A DNA stretch of 63,997 bases, counting the filler, from Candidatus Woesearchaeota archaeon (GTDB lineage: Archaea > Nanobdellota > Nanobdellia > Woesearchaeales > B72-G16): assembly GCA_003650545.1 (NCBI GenBank). It is 21 parts of 21 records of this genome, joined end to end, with 100 filler letters (N's around TTAATTAATTAA, not from the genome) between each part and the next. Parts side by side here need not be neighbours in the genome. Positions count along the whole stretch, not along the records: positions 58,687 to 61,382 come from QMQO01000125.1; positions 61,483 to 63,997 come from QMQO01000133.1; 19 more parts are not named here. The stretch is one strand, 5' to 3'. How positions within the stretch are numbered: position 1 is the first letter of the stretch; each line of letters starts with the position of its first letter. The notes below the pieces were generated by a model. That model saw nothing but the letters and a program-made list of their open reading frames with translations. It had not been told where the DNA came from and did not search any database. Both the position numbers and the translations under genes were made by a program. Shown here piece after piece: positions 59,733 to 63,997 of the stretch.

Positions 59733-60524
59733 TTATTTTGGCAAAATTATTTTCTCCATTGTTTTAGGTGTTCTCCTGCCCTTATGCATCCACTTGTGAG
59801 GTATCCACTTACCTGCTTCAACGTAGTCAATCATTATCTTTATTAAGTCCTTGTATGCTTCAACGTATTTTTCATCAAGCCCTAAAATCTCATAGTCTTT
59901 ATCTATTCTATATGCTTCTTTCGAGTTGAAAAAGTATACTGGTACAAGATATGTTGGATTCCACACATACCATACCGACTGTGAAACAGCCGACTCTAGC
60001 GTTGACTCCAGCCACAACCATCCATCGTAGAACCTCGGCTCCGGCCTGTAAATAACCCATCCATGACCGTAGACCTGCCTACTGTACGGGTCAACATAGA
60101 ATCCCAAGCAAGCGTAGGCTTCAGCATCACGCTTAAACCCAAGAATAGCCGACTCAAGAAGAAACGATGTTCCCTCGCAGTCGGCACCTAAGCTCCAAGC
60201 CTCATTCGGCAACTCCCAGAACTCTGGAACATTAAATACCGGGTCGTCCCCCCTATACTTCACCTTAACGTTTACAACGTTCCAGAGCTCCTTGACAACC
60301 ATGTTGTCTAGTCCAATGATTTTCTCGATTTTCCTAGCGTAGTCTGGGTTCTCGGCGAAGAATTTGCTGAGTCTACCCCAAGCATAAGCGAAAATCTCGT
60401 GGGAAGCTAGAGAATTCGGTATGATGAAGTCTGAGAGGTAGAAGTCGCCAAAGTCAATTTCCCTGTTGTTTAAGTGGACTACTCTTTTACGTTTCGCCAC
60501 GTAGTGCATTTTCCAACACCACAC
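59733..60524 (-). CDS. Transglutaminase-like cysteine protease
   Basis: FWELPNE....GADCEG, GHGWV, LEST. Confidence 0.7.
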   Translation of the reverse strand: MWCWKMHYVAKRKRVVHLNNREIDFGDFYLSDFIIPNSLASHEIFAYAWGRLSKFFAENPDYARKIEKIIGLDNMVVKELWNVVNVKVKYRGDDPVFNVPEFWELPNEAWSLGADCEGTSFLLESAILGFKRDAEAYACLGFYVDPYSRQVYGHGWVIYRPEPRFYDGWLWLESTLESAVSQSVWYVWNPTYLVPVYFFNSKEAYRIDKDYEILGLDEKYVEAYKDLIKIMIDYVEAGKWIPHKWMHKGRRTPKTMEKIILPK

Positions 60525-60754
60525 TATATCGGTATCTCCTCTACCTCATACCCCTTAGCCCTAAGCTCCTCTACCTCTTCGGGGTCGAGCTCTACTGGTT
60601 CGCTAAACGGAATCTTAATAACCCTACCTTTGCTTGTCCTTATTGTCTTGTATATTCTGTATATTTTAGGTGGCGGAGTGTAATGCGGGAGTGGTGTGTT
60701 GTCTTCCACGAACTTCTTCTCTCCAGTTCTAACATTTACAATATAGCCTTTCAC
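60524..60754 (-). CDS. Small hypothetical protein, possibly fibre-associated
   Basis: IVNVRTGE; overlaps its neighbours. Confidence 0.5.
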   Translation of the reverse strand: MKGYIVNVRTGEKKFVEDNTPLPHYTPPPKIYRIYKTIRTSKGRVIKIPFSEPVELDPEEVEELRAKGYEVEEIPI

Positions 60755-61380
60755 GGCGACTTCACCCTGCAGAGAATAAATCTACTACCTGCACCTATTC
60801 CTCCTGCTTGTGTTGTTTGTATTCTTATGCTTGTAATGTTCGATACTGTAAAAACTGTTACATCTGTTCCTACAGTCAATCTTACTGCGTCGGGAGTATT
60901 CCAGCTCATTAGCCTTAATGTTCTTGCATGTCCAGTAGGATCCCGCATAACCCATATTACAGCAAAGCATTCTGATCCAGCTGGTACGTATGGCCCTCCT
61001 GGATTGTTTCCTCTACCGCCTATTATTGATGTTCCATTTGCTTCAATATACTGATTGTAATAGTTAGTATCTGTCATGTTTCCATTGATGTATATGCGAC
61101 AGCCAGCTCCAGATTCTGTAGGGTTCTTTATATCAGCTAAGATTATGTATGCTCCATCACGGTTAATGTCTAGCCCTGTCCATTCAACGTAGTCGCAATC
61201 AGAATCTACTGTTAAATCGCTTATTACCTCGAATAAGTAGGGCTTATCTGGAATGTTACCCCAGAACGGTGAGCTGAATAGATCTGATATCCAGCTCCTG
61301 CTGAACGGAGATGCTACTAAGTCGCTGATGTCCCTCGGGAAGTTGCCAGCAATTCTGCTCCAGTCAATGTTCGGGATTCT
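60751..61380 (-). CDS. Tail-fibre-like protein, C-terminal part; frame open to the contig edge
   Basis: Repeats ISDLVASPF / ISDLFSSPFWGNIPDKP, then a beta-rich domain ending ITSIRI...IGAGSRFIL. Confidence 0.55.
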   Translation of the reverse strand, partial: RIPNIDWSRIAGNFPRDISDLVASPFSRSWISDLFSSPFWGNIPDKPYLFEVISDLTVDSDCDYVEWTGLDINRDGAYIILADIKNPTESGAGCRIYINGNMTDTNYYNQYIEANGTSIIGGRGNNPGGPYVPAGSECFAVIWVMRDPTGHARTLRLMSWNTPDAVRLTVGTDVTVFTVSNITSIRIQTTQAGGIGAGSRFILCRVKSP

Positions 61381-61931
61381 TGNNNNNNNNNNNNNNNNNN
61401 NNNNNNNNNNNNNNNNNNNNNNNNNNTTAATTAATTAANNNNNNNNNNNNNNNNNNNNNNNNNNNNNNNNNNNNNNNNNNNNCGGACCAATATACGCGGT
61501 TGCGGACGCATACAGGGAATGGCGCGATCTAACCGACGAAGAAGTCATGGAAATCTTAGAGGAAATTCGGAAAAGTCGAAAGCGTTGATGCGGGGGGTGG
61601 GATTTCTGCTTAAATATATGGGTGGAATTCTTGTGCTTTTATGGGTATAAGCAAGCTTCAAGGTATAATGTTGCGAATAGGAATATGGCCAAGCTACGAT
61701 AAAGCTCAAGAAACCCGTAGGCTATGGGCTAGTTACATGATCAGATTCCTATCAAAGCGAGAAGCGTTTCAAAAACGGTAAGCGTGAAAAACAAGAATTT
61801 CTCATCCCGCTATGGATACTCCACGATTCAATGATGTTAACGACAGCAACTTCAAAGGTCTTTCTTATCACTACTATTACAGTTTAATAAGCCTTAATAA
61901 AGGGCATTTATACAAGGTATAAGCAGGTAAC

Positions 61932-63230
61932 ATGCAAGATATGTATCGAAATTTTCTATTTAGAATAGGCTCACTAAAAGCAATGAACTGGGGACCTATA
62001 TCAGAAGCCGATTTGACTTTTGGAGATGTAACACTTTTAGTAGGTCCACAAAATTGTGGAAAAACATACCTCGCACTCCTTACTTCGTTACTACAAGAGC
62101 TATTCGAGAGTAGTGTATTACATGTCTCGTTGCCAAATAGTATTGTGGAATGTTTGAAGAATAGCGGATTCAAAGGTTATGTCTCGAGGGATCTTTTGGC
62201 AGATTTTATCAAAGATAACATTGATGATATAATAGATTCCATGAAGTCATATGTATCAAAACGAATTTCGTACCCCTTACTAAACAATCTTACTCTCAGG
62301 TACTATTCGATTCCAGTTGACGAACTCGTACGCTACGGTGAAGAAGACGCTCTCATCGGGATTACTTTTAAAGATGGGAATGTAACAATTTTACGTCTCA
62401 ACATTCGTATTGATCGGCGGAAGATTGTGGAAGTGACTCTTGATATTTCTCCAAAAATGATTTTGAGTTGGTTAGAAGCTTTTAACCCAGAAATCACAAT
62501 TCATGAAAGGGGCTGGAGTCTATCTTTTGCCGAAAGATATAGTTTTACTCCTAGAGGATCCCTATACATTCCTGCTGAGAGAGTTGCTTTATTTCCAATG
62601 CTAACAGAGGTAACAAACCTTATCATGAGCATTCTAAGAGAGCTTCAGGAATATGGAATAGGAAGAGTATATAGGATTAGAGAGCCGATCTTTAGATATC
62701 TACAAATACTTAATCATGTGCTTCGACGAAGACAATTGAGATGCGAAATTTTAGACTATGGAGAGCTTGTAATATCAGGTGAAAAACTAACATATCATGA
62801 TTTCGTTAAAGGAGCTGAGATCCCCATTAGTTGTGCTGGTTCCGGCATAATGCAAATTGCTGGAATAATATTACCTGTAAAGTTCTCGAATCCAAGTTTA
62901 ATTATCGTTGAGGAGCCTGAAATTAATTTACATGCTGATGCTCAATTAAAAGTTTCAGAATACTTAGCAGAACTTTCTAAAAGGGCTCAATTATTAATAA
63001 CAACTCACAGTCATTATTTGTTAGCAAAGTTAGCAAACTTGTATGCTAAAGGAGAGATTACTAACTTTATGCCTTACTTTATAGACGTAATATCGGGGAA
63101 AACGAAAAAATTAGAAGTGTTAAAGGAAACAGGCGAAGTGGAACTTCCTTCAAGTATAAAAGAAGCATTGGATGCCTTAGCAAAAGAATCTATCGAGATT
63201 TCAGAAAAAATTTATGGTAGGGAGACCTAA
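61932..63230 (+). CDS. ABC-type ATPase (AAA_15/AAA_21, AbiEii/OLD-like)
   Basis: GPQNCGKT, YIPAER, AGSG, IIVEEPEINLH, ITTHS. Confidence 0.88.
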   Translation: MQDMYRNFLFRIGSLKAMNWGPISEADLTFGDVTLLVGPQNCGKTYLALLTSLLQELFESSVLHVSLPNSIVECLKNSGFKGYVSRDLLADFIKDNIDDIIDSMKSYVSKRISYPLLNNLTLRYYSIPVDELVRYGEEDALIGITFKDGNVTILRLNIRIDRRKIVEVTLDISPKMILSWLEAFNPEITIHERGWSLSFAERYSFTPRGSLYIPAERVALFPMLTEVTNLIMSILRELQEYGIGRVYRIREPIFRYLQILNHVLRRRQLRCEILDYGELVISGEKLTYHDFVKGAEIPISCAGSGIMQIAGIILPVKFSNPSLIIVEEPEINLHADAQLKVSEYLAELSKRAQLLITTHSHYLLAKLANLYAKGEITNFMPYFIDVISGKTKKLEVLKETGEVELPSSIKEALDALAKESIEISEKIYGRET

Positions 63231-63602
63231 ATGTCTGAGAAAAAGCAATTTGACATAATTTATCCTGAAAAAGAATTTGGAAAGGGATGCGATATTGCCG
63301 CCGTAAATCAAAAAATAGCTTATCTAGTAGAGTTTAAGAAATGCAACCTTTCTATAGGTGATGCCAAAAAAGCAGCTAGGCAAATTCAGTTCACGGAGGA
63401 AAAGTTAATTGTTAACAATAAGATTTCCTATAATGATACTTTAGTAAGGATAGTATTGCATGACGACCGTGGCGGGTGTCGTGTTTATTCTCAAGCTCAA
63501 ATAGAATTAGAGCGAAGAAAAATTAGGCGCCAGCCACTAAGTTCGGCTCCAAAATTTTTAAGACGCCTATACAACCTCTATAAAAATTGTGTTAAGAATT
63601 AA
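63231..63602 (+). CDS. Small PD-(D/E)XK-like protein coupled to the ATPase
   Basis: CDIAAV....YLVEFK......A..QI; starts immediately after the ATPase stop. Confidence 0.55.
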   Translation: MSEKKQFDIIYPEKEFGKGCDIAAVNQKIAYLVEFKKCNLSIGDAKKAARQIQFTEEKLIVNNKISYNDTLVRIVLHDDRGGCRVYSQAQIELERRKIRRQPLSSAPKFLRRLYNLYKNCVKN

Positions 63603-63997
63603 CATGAGTATGCAGCATCTTTATTCTGACTTCTTCGGCATGCTTTGCATTCATTTAAGGTCTACCTCAAAGTCTAGCATGTTCCAAGTTAACTATTGGT
63701 CGATCATAGCGAATCTTCCAAGAAATACTTATATAACCTGATGAGCTACGAGTTATAAGTCTCTAAATGTTCAGTGCTGAAAAATTCATGGAATTTTGGG
63801 GGCGGGATTTTACAAATTCGTAGACCGTGTGTATTGCGTACATCAATAATAACATCGGCTATTAGGAATGAAGGATTAGTAACCTTACTTTTTCTCGGCT
63901 GTTATGAGTTTTTCGTATTTTTCGAGGATGAGATAGCGTATCGCCTCACTATTTTTCCTTATGCCGAGAACCTTCTTGATATAACGAAGCTTATCAG

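Noticed and set aside
3301..61482. Regularly spaced TTAATTAATTAA palindromes flanked by N runs, and ORFs ending in X...LIN
   Set aside because: Artificial linkers. No gene neighbourhood across them is meaningful, and ORFs that run into them are truncated.

Overview
This window is not one locus. It is 21 unrelated metagenomic contigs of about 2.5-3.3 kb, sorted by decreasing length and joined by artificial 100-nt linkers (N44-TTAATTAATTAA-N44). Gene content suggests a hot, anoxic community: Thermoproteota- and DPANN-like archaea, several bacteria, and at least five or six virus or plasmid fragments. The strongest signals are: (1) a virus-like contig (41540-44377) where a tail-fibre-like gene is followed by three genes for proteins with Cys every third residue (two about 30% Cys with a strict 22-aa/7-Cys period), a shared NL(R/P) leader motif, and then a radical-SAM gene; (2) a phage tail-tube gene split by two group I introns, one carrying an HNH and one a LAGLIDADG endonuclease, with splice sites recoverable by hand, followed by a tail chaperone with a -1 slippery site; (3) a sigma-70-like gene translationally coupled to a DDE transposase; (4) a virus-like contig with 12 GTGCAC palindromes in 2.2 kb; (5) a stop-free 3021-bp circular LamG/Calx-beta repeat with extreme C depletion; (6) a thrombospondin-1 motif in a DPANN-type archaeal secreted protein. 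All family and taxon calls come from reading motifs by eye; no database searches were run.
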